Below are positions 12,116 to 24,858 of a stretch of 64,000 bases of DNA, piece by piece. Source of the DNA: Fimbriosthenelais zetlandica. Lineage: Eukaryota. The notes below the pieces were generated by a model. It made no database searches and was not told where the DNA came from. It was given only the letters and a program-made list of their open reading frames with translations. The stretch is taken from contig OZ365115.1 of NCBI GenBank assembly GCA_977030845.1, positions 310,001-374,000 of the forward strand, written 5' to 3'. Both the position numbers and the translations under genes were made by a program. Within the stretch, counting starts at the first letter, position 1. The number at the start of each line of letters is the position of its first letter.

Positions 12116-13792
12116 CTGTTTCTCAGATGTTATATCTGTACATTCAGTCCACCTTGACATCTTACTTTAACTTTAATAATCAGAGGTGAGAGAGCTCTAT
12201 ATGAGAGAGATGTACATGAGACATGTACATCACTCAGTCACAGCTTGACGTCTGTGTATGAGGGTTAGATTAAGATGGAACTTCTGACACATGTTTCACT
12301 TTAATGTTCACCCATCACACGGTGTAGATGAATGTGGACCTTGACGTGTGATTACTTTATAAACCTTCACACATACTAATGTTACATCATCACACGACCG
12401 CTACCTGACTCACATCTCATACATTATGTTAGAGAGAGAGGGAGACAGTCTGAGAGAAAGAGAAAGAGAGGGAGACATTCATTTTGAGAGAAAGAGAAAG
12501 AGAGGCAGATATTCATTTTGAGAGAAAGAGAAAGAGAGGCAGGTCTACATTCTGAGAAAAAGAGGAAGAGGAAGAGAAGAATAAAGAGAGAGATAGAAGA
12601 GGAGAGAAGTGAAGAGAGAGATAGAAGAGAGAGAGAGAGAAGCGAGAGAGAGTGAGAGAGAAAGGAAGAAGAAAAAGAAGAGAGAGAGAAAGACAAAGAG
12701 AGCAGTTTTCCATTGGGAAAGTAGAATGTAATAAGTGTTCGCCTGGACCTACATGTCGGCTGTCTTTAAGGCTTAATTAGTGAATTTTCACTCACAATGT
12801 GTAGCGTTAAAGTGATGGTCCTGGCCACTGTAGGACTTACTCTTGTCCTGGGTGCCCGGACACGGCAGACCATTACCAGTTCTAAACTAAAACTGAATAA
12901 ATATCTATTTTGTTGTTTTATAAATAGCCCATGATGGTGGCTCATGTTCGTCAGGCCGCCTGTCATCACCCTCATCACCCGGATCATGGTCAAACCCGGG
13001 TTCCATCATAGTTACATCCGGCAGAACGGGATTCAAACCCCTGGCCGTCAGATCCGGTAAGTCTGGATTTATAACACAGTGGTACAAACACCGGGCACGG
13101 ACTGATTGGCTGACTAAGGTAGCTCATATCACAGTGATCATATCACAGTGCCAGCCTCATGCGGCAGATTACCCTTGTTTACTTTCACCATGGAGCTTGA
13201 TTGTACTGTTCTACTTTAAAGTTGCGGCTAGCTTCTGGAGGTTACAAGGATGGTTCAGTAGTGGCACAAACACCGGGCGTGGGCTCATATCACAGTACCC
13301 GCTCAACGGGCAAGATCAACTTAGTATTAACATGAGACTTGATTACAACATAAGGATCTTGTTCAGTAGTTGAAATGTTAAGGTGTTTGGACACCATGGA
13401 CACCACGAATGTGACAAGGAGTTATGATGGGAATAAACAGAAGGCCTGGTGGTAAACGTGGGTGTAGGGTTTACCACATTCACCATTATATGTTGGTATA
13501 ATGAATGAAACCTCAATGTCTTTAGGGCAGAAGGCATTGTATAGGCCGCATCGTGAAGGGATGGCCTCCATGTTTAGTGAATATACAGCCTCCCCCCCCC
13601 CCCCCGGCATCTTTATCCTCCTCCTTCTCCATGAATAAAGCGTTAATAATCCAGCATGATGAGATAATGGAGGATTATCCTGACATACAGTAGGTGGCTA
13701 ACACTAATCAGCCTTAATCCGTATAGAGGGATTAGAGGAGGATATGTAGAGAGATAATAACATCAACGTGTAGTGCTGCCTCAGGCGAGACG

Positions 13793-14113
13793 TCTCACCA
13801 CAAACAGTAAGAGACATGCCTCTCACCACAAACAGTAAGAGACATGCCTCTCATCACAGACAGTAAGAGACATGCCTCTCACCACAAACAGTAAGAGACA
13901 TGCCTCTCATCACAGACAGTAAGAGACATGCCTCTCACCACAAACAGTAAGAGACATGCCTCTCATCACAGACAGTAAGAGACATGCCTCTCACCACAAA
14001 CAGTAAGAGACATGCCTCTCATCACAGACAGTACGAGACATGCCTCTCATCACAGACAGTACGAGACATGCCTCTCATCACAGACAGTGGGACACATGCC
14101 TCTCATCACAGAC
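13793..14113. repeat. 28-bp minisatellite, about 11 copies
   Basis: ctcaYcacaRacagtaagagacatgcct. Confidence 0.95.
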
Positions 14114-15149
14114 CGTGAGAGACTTTGATATTTATATATTTATATATATTGATATTTATATATATTCGTGACTGAATGTACACTGAGAGAGGGGAGAGAG
14201 GAGAGATTGATGGGCGGGAGGTGTGATATATCTATCAGAGAAAGATGTTTAATGATCACTTAGTAAATGAGAAGTTTTACTCCAAGACAATATGTCAGAA
14301 TCCCCCAACCCCCCGCCCCCTACCCACCTCCCTCCCCCACCTCACCCCGCCCCCTACCCACCTCCCCGCCCCCCGCCCCCACCTCAGCCCGCTGGTTTAT
14401 TTATGATGTTTTGTGATAAGATAACTAGATTAGATGATGGCGGCCTGAAGGCGGATTAACGATAAACCAGGCGGATTATAGACACAGATTTATAGACGGG
14501 TATTATTATATCACCAGATCCGTCCAGAGATAGGGGTATAAGGGGGGGGGGTGGGTACTGGGGGACAAGCGGGTGGGTACTGGGGGAAGGCGGATGGTTT
14601 GGGTGGAGCATTGGGTGCGGGGGGAGTTACAGTAAAATTGGGTCATACATCATCTTTCTCCTATCAAAGTAACAAACAATCAAACAACCAAACATCCTGA
14701 CATCCTGACATCCTGACTCCGTCTCTATACATGGGCTGAGAGTCGAGCTGAGAGTCGACCTGAGAGCTCGTTGTGTCGATGTATAAAATGCTTTCATAGA
14801 AATAAATCTTGAGGGAAAACCAAATCAGGGAAAACCTTTTAACGTAAAGGACGTTTTAAAGTTTTTTTTCCAATTTTCAGGGAATCTGCACATTTGTGCA
14901 AGAGTTTTGTTTAAAAAGTTAAACCAAAACGTTCTTATTTTTTTAGCCAGATTTGACAACAAAAATCCTCTCCCCACTCCATGACTGCTGCCTCCTTATA
15001 GTGAGACCGCGTTTTATCAGTAAAGAGCTTATAACTAAAACATCTCCTCTACTGTGTGAAGTGGCCATAAATGAGTCTGAGCAATGCTCAACAGCAATTA
15101 GTTGGTACAAGCAATAGGCAGTTGGAAAAGGCAATTGGTAAAAGGTGGC

Positions 15150-15318
15150 AGGAATTGATGAAGTTTTGACTTGTAGACAGGTCCCACTAGCATGAATCAC
15201 TGCAAGAATCAGCAGGCAATTATCCCTAGGGTGTGCCCTATTAGTGTACAAAATATTAAAGATATCCTTTAGATATTGAAGATTTACAATTCTTGCAAAT
15301 CTTCCAACCCACATCCTC
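15150..15318 (-). repeat. Partial inverted copy of the 321-bp unit
   Basis: Reverse complement of the same core. Confidence 0.85.
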
Positions 15319-15564
15319 TAATTTCTCCCGTAGAGGACGCTTGTAAACGTCACTCATCGTGAGTTAGAGACAAACATGGAGGAGAAAGTTAGATGTCTAG
15401 ACGACAAATAAAGTAAGAGAATACGTCCATCACATAGACCACCCCCCCCCCCACTCCCCCCCCCACTCCCCCCACCCCCCAATCCCCATCATTCACCATC
15501 TCTCCTGACGCTCGCCATCAAGAAGAGTTTCTGTATCAGAACGAGGCTTGCCTTGTCATGTGAG

Positions 15565-15588
15565 AATCACGTGATTAAGACCGGAAGT
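15565..15588. promoter_or_regulatory. E-box palindrome plus ETS motif abutting the 29-bp array
   Basis: AATCACGTGATT (15565-15576) and ACCGGAAGT (15580-15588). Confidence 0.3.
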
Positions 15589-15589
15589 A

Positions 15590-16980
15590 GATGGCTGAGT
15601 GACCACTAGAGGGCTCTAGTGGGCTGAGTGACCACTAGATGGCTCTAGTGGGCTGAGTGACCACTAGAGGGCTCTAGTGGGCTGAGTGACCACTAGATGG
15701 CTCTAGTGGGCTGAGTGTCCACTAGATGGCTCTAGTGGGCTGAGTGACCACTAGATGGCTCTAGTGGGCTGAGTGACCACTAGATGGCTCTAGTGGGCTG
15801 AGTGACCACTAGATGGCTCTAGTGGGCTGAGTGACCACTAGATGGCTCTAGTGGGCTGAGTGACCACTAGATGGCTCTAGTGGGCTGAGTGACCACTAGA
15901 TGGCTCTAGTGGGCTGAGTGACCACTAGATGGCTCTAGTGGGCTGAGTGACCACTAGATGGCTCTAGTGGGCTGAGTGACCACTAGATGGCTCTAGTGGG
16001 CTGAGTGACCACTAGATGGCTCTAGTGGGCTGAGTGTCCACTAGAGGGCTCTAGTGGGCTGAGTGTCCACTAGAGGGCTCTAGTGGGCTGAGTGACCACT
16101 AGATGGCTCTAGTGGGCTGAGTGTCCACTAGAGGGCTCTAGTGGGCTGAGTGACCACTAGATGGCTCTAGTGGGCTGAGTGTCCACTAGAGGGCTCTAGT
16201 GGGCTGAGTGTCCACTAGATGGCTCTAGTGGGCTGAGTGACCACTAGATGGCTCTAGTGGGCTGAGTGACCACTAGATGGCTCTAGTGGGCTGAGTGACC
16301 ACTAGATGGCTCTAGTGGGCTGAGTGACCACTAGATGGCTCTAGTGGGCTGAGTGACCACTAGATGGCTCTAGTGGGCTGAGTGACCACTAGATGGCTCT
16401 AGTGGGCTGAGTGACCACTAGATGGCTCTAGTGGGCTGAGTGTCCACTAGAGGGCTCTAGTGGGCTGAGTGTCCACTAGAGGGCTCTAGTGGGCTGAGTG
16501 ACCACTAGATGGCTCTAGTGGGCTGAGTGTCCACTAGAGGGCTCTAGTGGGCTGAGTGACCACTAGATGGCTCTAGTGGGCTGAGTGTCCACTAGAGGGC
16601 TCTAGTGGGCTGAGTGTCCACTAGATGGCTCTAGTGGGCTGAGTGTCCACTAGATGGCTCTAGTGGGCTGAGTGTCCACTAGATGGCTCTAGTGGGCTGA
16701 GTGTCCACTAGGTGGCTCTAGTGGGCTGAGTGACCACTAGGTGGCTCTAGTGGGCTGAGTGTCCACTAGAGGGCTCTAGTGGGCTGAGTGTCCACTAGAT
16801 GGCTCTAGTGGGCTGAGTGTCCACTAGATGGCTCTAGTGGGCTGAGTGACCACTAGATGGCTCTAGTGGGCTGAGTGTCCACTAGATGGCTCTAGTGGGC
16901 TGAGTGTCCACTAGATGGCTCTAGTGGGCTGAGTGTCCACTAGATGGCTCTAGTGGGCTGAGTGTCCACTAGAGGGCTCT
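15590..16980. repeat. 29-bp palindromic minisatellite x48, each unit with a CTCF-type core CCACTAGRKGGC
   Basis: CCACTAG at 15603 and 16966 are 1363 bp = 47 x 29 apart (no net indels); unit (a/g)(t/g)ggctctagtgggctgagtg(a/t)ccactag. Confidence 0.97.
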
Positions 16981-17028
16981 GAGTGTTGATGTTTGAGGCG
17001 GGTGGGGGCGTAACTGCTATCTTACAGT

Positions 17029-17347
17029 GGTCTATCGTGATAGTGGAGGCCCTGTTTAAGCTACCTTAGTGGTCTATCCTGATAGTGGAGGCCCTGTTTA
17101 AGCTACCTTAGTAGTCTATCCTGATAGTGGAGGCCCTGTTTAAGCTACCTTACTGGTTTATCGTGATAGTGGAGGCCCTGTTTAAGCTACCTTACTGGTC
17201 TATCGTGATAGTGGAGGCCTTGTTTAAGCTACCTTACTGGTCTATCGTGATAGTGGAGGCCTTGTTTAAGCTACCTTACTGGTCTATCCTGATAGTGGAG
17301 GCCCTGTTTAAGCTACCTTACTGGTTTATCGTGATAGTGGAGGCTAC
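17029..17347. repeat. 42-bp tandem repeat, about 7.5 copies
   Basis: ggtctatcgtgatagtggaggccctgtttaagctaccttact. Confidence 0.93.
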
Positions 17348-19308
17348 TTTTTTATTGTTAAGTGGTCTATCAATGGACAGTGGAGTCTGATATTAGAGTC
17401 ATATAAAAGCCTTTGCGTCACCAGTCTCACGTCGCCTACTTTGTTACTGTTAGTGAAGGGGGAGCAGCTCTCTGGTTACTTTGTTACTGTGGAGTGGCTC
17501 TTCACCACTCTACGTTACCTCGTGTGGCCTGTCAACCATCTATATGTTACCACTACGTTACCACTATGTTAGCCCCGTCAACATTCGTATAAAGAATGGT
17601 GAGTAACTCATCCTCTCCTCTCTGTTCTAGCTTTTCTCTCGTAATCTGTTCCTTAACTAGTGCACTAGTCTCATTGTATCTCATTGTATTAAAGCTATCT
17701 AGGTCATATTGGGAAACCAGCAGGTCGTGAAATATGTACCTTTAGAAGTGTTGTCAATAAAATAACCAAACACCAACAGCTGCTGCTCTATAATAAACGA
17801 GGCTCTTATAATCCGGCTCTTATGTCGTTGTATAACTGGAGGGAGCCCGCACGGCCGGTTTTAAACAAAAAAAAATCATAGGGAAATTCCTGCTATGTCT
17901 CCTACGAGGGATAGCTGGCTCCCACTGGGACAAGATCTGTCGCAGCGCTGAGCCAGCGAGAGGTGTCCACAGCTGCTCCAGGCCTGCTCGCACTGGAGTT
18001 TACTCTCACTTCAGGACCAGACTGAGTGAGGCTCGCTGCAACATGCGCAGTGTTTTTTTTTGTGTAAAAGTTTTCTTTTTCCTGTGACAAATGCAGTTAT
18101 ACTACAGGGAGATTGTCTCTTGACAAACAAATATTTCTCAGGAGGTCTCGAACATGAAACAGCCTGGGGAGTAATTGGGGAGTGAGACAGAGCCTGGCAC
18201 AGCCTGGGGACAGAGGGAGGCATGACAGGCATGGAGGTAGTCAACTGTGGCGCGGGGAATTGACAGCCCCAGGTGACGAACAGATTCTCATGAAATAACT
18301 TCACTGTTCACACACGGTAACACTACTTCAAAGCTTATTCATATAATGTGTAACAGATTGAGAATATAGAGAGGGAGAAGAGAGAGGGTGAGAAGAGTGA
18401 GAGGGAGGAAGAGAGAGGGAGAGAAGAGTGACAGGGAGGAAGAGAGAAGGGAGAGGGAGAAATAGGAGAAGGAAGAATGGGGAAGGAGACAAGAGAGAGA
18501 GGGAGATATATGGAAGGAGAAGGGAGAAGGGAGAGCGAGAAGAGAGGGAGTGAGTGAGAGAGAGGATTGGGAGGTTCTGAGAGCCGGGTGATTACGGGAT
18601 CTGTGGAGACTTCTCTCCCGTCATTGTTCGTTTGGATTTATTAGAATTATCACGTGAAAGTCGCACAGACAAAAGACGTGTAGTCGATGAAGAAAGTATG
18701 AAATATGTACAGAACTGTCAACTAAAACATGAGGCAGCAATCAGAGAGTGACAGTCTGACAGCTAGCTGTCAGCCAGCTGTCATATAGAGTAATCTACAG
18801 ACAATACCTTCACCACTTACATTAAATCACAGCGCATAGAAACATAAAGAGCAATCACAGCACACAGAGACATGAGGAGCAATCACAGCACATGAAGGCG
18901 GGCTCTATACACCAACATAGAGACATGACGCCGGGAAACGGCCCAGCTCTATACACCATCAAGTCGTCAGCCCTTACAGCCATTACAGCTCTTACAGCCA
19001 TTACCGCCTCATCAAACCCTCATCAAGTCTACAGCTCTATAAAGTCTATAAAGCATCGTGATCGGTAAGATGTAATAGAGGTAACAATAGTGGGAGTTTT
19101 ATAGAGCTTTGTCAGCCTCACATTGTTGTAAGACGTAATGACTCAGCTGACACCTCTCTTACCGTCAAGTGTACACCGATACTCAATACTTCTACATCAT
19201 GACTCAACTTATCCACGGACCATTCCATGCCCGGAGTGTAACCGAGCCTTTAGTGAGACTCATTCAGATTGGGCTGTGTTTAGGCTGTAGGGAGGAATAG
19301 TGTAGGAC

Positions 19309-19432
19309 GCTAGTATAGTGAAGCTAGTATAGTGAAGCTAGTATAGTGAAGCTAGTATAGTGAAGCTAGTATAGTGAAGCTAGTATAGTGAAGCTAGTAT
19401 AGTGAAGCTAGCATAGTGAAGCTAGTCTAGTA
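19309..19432. repeat. 14-bp tandem repeat, about 8.5 copies
   Basis: gctagtatagtgaa. Confidence 0.93.
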
Positions 19433-20400
19433 TAGCCCAGTACAGGGATGTAACGCGGGGATTGTATTAAGATGTAGGAAGGTGCCAGCTATTGATTAGG
19501 TCGTCTGAGACGGGCAGAGATAGAGGGCAGAGAGGTCAGCCCCTACTGAGCCCCAACTGCCCCCAGCCCCTGCCCAACCCATGGATGTTTGTGTCACAAT
19601 GACATTTATAAACTATGGCTGAAGTGGGCGACTCCTTGCCTTTGGAGTAAGGTGTACTTTCAGGCTGCCTTTTGAAGTTACATCTGCGGCAGTTGCTTCA
19701 GTAGTGAGCCTATTAAGGCCGTCTTCCACTGGTTCATTGTTCAGTATTATTGTTACATTTTTTATAATTTGTATTAAGATGAATTGAGCCGCTGTGAACT
19801 CAATGATCGTGTAGGAGTGGCTGATCGTGTAGGAGTGGCTGATCGTGTAGGAGTGGCTGATAGGTTAGACTGGCTGATATATGATATAAATGAGACTCAT
19901 AGAATGAGGGAGTAAAGTTAGGAGGAGAGAGAAGCGATAACACATGAGTAATACCTCAATGAGTCTGACATCGGGCTATCTGAGCCTGCCCTCGGCCCGC
20001 TCTCGTCCCACTCCTGACCCGCCCTCGGCTCTCTCGGCTCGCCCTCGGCTATCTCGGTCTTTGATGTCCTCTCATCCTATATAAGGAGGACCTGCCTGGA
20101 CCTAATTATAGCAGCACATTGTGAGGAGTAGAGTGACTTTGTGACTTACTTCGTCACTGGACCTATAGCTGGACCTATAGCTGGACCTATAGCTGGACCT
20201 ATAGCTGGACCTATAGCTGGACCTATCGCTGGTATATTGTACTCACATGAAGGACTTACTCTGAATACTCACACGATCATTTATACCCAGCCTTTCATGC
20301 GGTTCGTGGGTCGGTGGGGGTTAAGGTTGAGGTCATCTCTGTAGAGAGAGGTCTCTATATACTTGTCTATGGTCTATGGTCTCTATTCTTCATGGTAGCC

Positions 20401-20590
20401 AGCCCTTGCTGCGGCTGGCCATTGTTGCGGCTGGCCCTTGCTGCGGCTGGCCATTGTTGCGGCTGGCCCTTGCTGCGGCTGGCCATTGTTGCGGCTGGCC
20501 CTTGCTGCGGCTGGCCATTGTTGCGGCTGGCCCTTGCTGCGGCTGGCCATTGTTGCGGCTGGCCCTTGCTGGGGCTGGCCATTGCGGCTG
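20401..20590. repeat. 32-bp GC-rich tandem repeat, about 6 copies
   Basis: gcccttgctgcggctggccattgttgcggctg. Confidence 0.92.
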
Positions 20591-20926
20591 ACTATTCTAT
20601 GTCAGATGCGGCTACTCTTTGTTTTTGCTTCCCCCGTACCAACCACCGGTACCAGAAGGCCTCAGTGTCTTGCGGCCATGTTTTGCCGGTTTTGTGGTCG
20701 GTGTGAGTGTATATGAACCTCCCGTCATATTATAAAACACACAGTGAATAATCACTGCACCGAGAGGCGATAAAACCCAATGTAAGCAAGTCATTAGTTG
20801 TTTATTAGACGCGCGGGGCTGGCGGGGCTAAAGGCGGGCTCCACTGTAACACGGGCCATCACTCATTGTGCTTCACTCTTACAGGCCTACTGAGGGAACA
20901 ATATAAACACTCTATAGTAGGATTCA

Positions 20927-21117
20927 TGCCGGGTCCCATAGACGCGATTCTCCAGGTGATAGATGTGGTTACTATATTTCTAGTCACACTCAATGCTTGT
21001 AATGTTAACAGTCCTTTACACCAAGGTCAGGCTAACCACTGACACGATGACAAGTATTGGGTGTGACTAGGAATATAGTATGGCGCAGCTATCACTCGGT
21101 GATTAGCTAGGCCATGC
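20927..21117. mobile_element. Same MITE family, diverged copy
   Basis: Starts tgccgggtcccatagacgcgatt; same core as the 23145 and 47556 copies. Confidence 0.72.
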
Positions 21118-21628
21118 ACCTACATGTACCTGTATCGTCCACACCGACTCACCTCATCCTAGTACTGCCTTCTTCTATTTCTGCATTCTAATCATAAACG
21201 GTCCGACCTCAGCATTTCATCCCTCCATATTACAAAGTGAAGACAGGACTGCTGTAACTCTACCTCTACACCTCCCTTAAAGCAACCTCCACCAACATCT
21301 CACATCTCACATCTCTCTCTCTCTCTGAGTCTCTCTCTCTCTCTCTCTTTCTATCCCCCTCTCCTCTCTCTGTTATCTCTCTCAAGATTTCTTTCTTTTT
21401 CTCCTTCCCCTCTTGCCACTCCCCCTCCCAGCTCCTCCATGTGCTCTCTCCCCTACCCCCACCCCCTAACCCCCCCCCCTCCCCCCCTCCCCCGGGTGAC
21501 AGTGAGTCATGTAGCGCGGCCACTTTGACTAAGTGTAGTTTTGTTAGGAGGTCAGAATGTCAGTCAAGTAGAACAGAGAGTAATGAGGCGTGGATGAGGC
21601 ACATATAGTGTCCTGTATAATGCTAAAT

Positions 21629-21895
21629 CCAGGCTGAGCCAGGCTACTCCAGGCTACTCCAGGCTACTCCAGGCTACTCCAGGCTACAAGAACTCTCATA
21701 TACTACTACTCCAGGCTGAGCCAGGCTACAAGTACTCTCATATATACTACTAACCCAGGCTGAGCCAGGCTGAGCCAGGCTACTCCAAGCTACTCCAAGC
21801 TACTCCAGGCTACTCCAGGCTACTCCAGGCTACTCCAGGCTACTCCAGGCTACTCCAGGCTGAGCCAGGCTACTCCAGGCTACTCCAGGCTACCA
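21629..21895. repeat. 10-bp tandem repeat, interrupted
   Basis: ccaggctact / ccaggctgag. Confidence 0.9.
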
Positions 21896-22800
21896 GTTCC
21901 TGCACCAGCTCTATAACAGGTCAATGAGGCGAGGTGGCATGTAGGTCAAGACAGGCGAGTTGTAGAAGACAGGGGCGGACTGAGTCTTTACCCAAAGCCA
22001 TGAGATAGACCACGAATACAAGCCACGAGTGGAGACAGGCAGACAGGGGTAGGACAGGCGGTGACTGTCTGAGACAGCCTTAACACAGGGAGCATGTAGT
22101 GGGCGTGTACACCTGTCACTGGCCTTAATACATATCACTCTCCTTAAAGCGACACTCTCACTGTCTCACCACTAAATGCTCACCACTAAATGCTCACCAC
22201 TAAATGTATTATATTGGTGGTTGTATCTGAGTGAGAATACTGTATCCATTATAGACTGGTGAAATATAATTAAGGACAGACGTCCTACATTATTACTGTG
22301 AACACATTTGATTCCGTTGCCATGGTAACTTTAATGAAGGTGAATTTTTACATAATGTCATTAATTCTCTATCAATCCAATTTGTTCTGATTGAAAATAA
22401 AACGCGAGGAGGTGACAATTCACAATAACGTCATCACCACGTCATTGTTATTACCCTGACACCTTCTGTCCCCACTAGGTACTCTCATACACTCCCTCAG
22501 CTTTTACCCCAGAGTTTACCCCAGAGTTTACCCCAGCTTTTACCCCAGCTTTTACCCCAGAGTTTACCCCCATGTATCATGAATCATGGCCAAACAGAAG
22601 CCAAAACATCACATTCCTTATAGAAAGGAAGCTAATCTCTGTAAGCCTGTAAACCTGATGAACTCTCTTACCGCAGAATTCGCCTCTTCTCAACAGCAAA
22701 GAGCAACTCTACCTGCATATTGTTTTCTCCAAAATATGAATTAAAATATAATTACCGTGCGGGGGAGCAGCTGGCGTGACTTCACCACCTTCCCGTGTGA

Positions 22801-22884
22801 TGACGTCATGACCTTGTGATGACGTATGACGACCGTCCTCCATGTGGCGCCATCTTGTGTCGTCCAGTAGCAGCTCATCACGTG
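22801..22884 (-). promoter_or_regulatory. CRE / YY1-like / E-box cluster, possible TSS region
   Basis: TGACGTCA (22801), CGCCATCTT (22848; AAGATGGCG on -), CACGTG (22879). Confidence 0.3.
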
Positions 22885-23144
22885 GTCATCAGTTACTAGG
22901 GTAACTCATTACTGAAACAAATTAAATTCACTAATATGAGATTTTAATCATCATTTGCTTTGGATGATCATTTAGCAATAAAATACAAACTCGCGAATAT
23001 AAAACGAAATAAAAGTCGTTGAAGAGAACACAATATAGTATTTATATGAGCAGGTCTATAAAAGGCCAGGCTACTGAACATGTAGACCTATAAACGTGAG
23101 TTAACGTTAGATGACGTATACGTGAGTTAAGGTAATGATGGTAA

Positions 23145-23337
23145 AGCCATGCAGGGTCACATAGACGCGATAGCGGAGCGATACTCTACTTCTATTCACA
23201 CCCAATGCTTGTAACTTTAACAGTCCTTTACACCTAGGTCAGGCTAACCACTGACAACATTACAAGCATTGGGTGTGGCTAGAAATACAATATCGCGCAG
23301 TTATCGGTTGGAGTATCGCGTCTATGTGTGCCAGGCT
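23145..23337. mobile_element. Same MITE family, palindromic copy
   Basis: Shared core 'cctttacacctaggtcaggctaaccactgac' and 'caagcattgggtgtg'; inverted arms cacacccaatgcttgtaa / ttacaagcattgggtgtg; flanked by TAA and TTA. Confidence 0.75.
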
Positions 23338-24793
23338 TTATTGTTAGTCGCAGTCAGTATGAGGACGTAGTATCAGATATTCTGTAGTCAGCACAATGCG
23401 GGTCACTGACATTTTATCTTTTAATTTTTCTCTCTCCGCTGTTAGCCTTTCATCAGCCAGGAATGTTCACAGAGATAAAACCTGAGTTAATATTGTGCTA
23501 CCCTCTCTTACCCTCTCTTACCCTCTCACCGAAAAAAAACACTGTCACAACCCTCTCTTACCCTCTCTTACCCTCTCTTACCCTCTCACAGGAAAAACAC
23601 TGTCACAACCCTCTCACGGCCCTCTCACAACCCTCTCACAAACTTGCGATAAAAATGTCACTGCACTTAACAGACGTGAAGCCACCAAGCTTTTACATGT
23701 CATTAATCTCATTTATAAATTGGCGGCATTAAATTTAACATGAAACCTAATAAATATGTCCTTTAGACTAAGTGATTTGTGAATTTGAGGACGAGGTTTT
23801 ATGTCTCTGACAATAGACTCCATTATAGAACACGTGGATATGAGAGGCGGAGAGAAAGCGAGGGGAAAAATGATAAAAGGTACAACGATGGCGAGGCCTG
23901 CAGAGACGGGACTAGCGGAGAATGGGATGGAATTGGTGGGGGGGGGGGGGGGGAAGGTGGGGAAGTGTGGGTGGGAAGGTACAGGGATGGCAAGGCAAGC
24001 ATGAGGTGGGGCAAGCAGAGGAAGGGATGAGGGTTGGGAGAGAGAAACATATTTTTTAATTGTGAACACTACACATTATTCATCGTCTTATTCATTTCCG
24101 GCCGCCCGTGAATTATAATGGATGTGGGGTGAATTATAATGGATGTGGGGTGAATTATAATAGATGTGGGTAGTTATTGTAAGTAGAACCAGGACTCATT
24201 ATGAAGGTTTGTAAAGGAATGACACAGAATCAATCAGAAAGTCATGTGATAAAAACATCATAAAATATAGGAATTAAAAATGCAGGGAGGCTTTTACAGC
24301 GCGAAGAGTTCATTATTTTCCCATAAGGCCCCACTTCCCACTTTCCCACAATGCTCTTCAGCTGAGGCCGCATTGCATGCTGGGAAGGTGATGGTAGTTT
24401 CTTATCACGTGTTCTTGTAATCAAGGTAACCATGACAACAGATCCATCAGGTGTGGGTGGCGGCGGGTGGGGGGGGGGAGGGTTGTGGGGGGGGAGGTTG
24501 TAGGGGGGGGGGTTGTGGGGGGGTGGGGGATGTTGGGGGGGGAGGTTGTAGGGGGGGCTGTAGTTGCGGTGATTCCCGTCAGGTAGCGTCTCGTGTAGGC
24601 GCACGTAATTAACACCAGCTCGCGCTCTGATTGGCTCCTGATTTTCAGCTAATTATGCCGATTTTCACCTATCTGTGTGTTTGTGTTTGGGCTGATTTTC
24701 AGCTAATTCTCACCTCATTCTCTCATTTCATCTGAGTGTTAATGTGGTAGGTGTGTCATGTTATTATGGGTTATTATATGACGTTATTAACTG

Positions 24794-24858
<65 letters not shown>

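Noticed and set aside
13422-13610. 'VSFIIPTYNGE' resembling a GT2 glycosyltransferase motif
   Set aside because: No usable acceptor, the rest of the domain is absent, and the ORF stops soon after.
15590-16980. CRISPR-like palindromic 29-bp repeats
   Set aside because: Units are head-to-tail with no unique spacers, there are no cas genes, and the context is eukaryotic.
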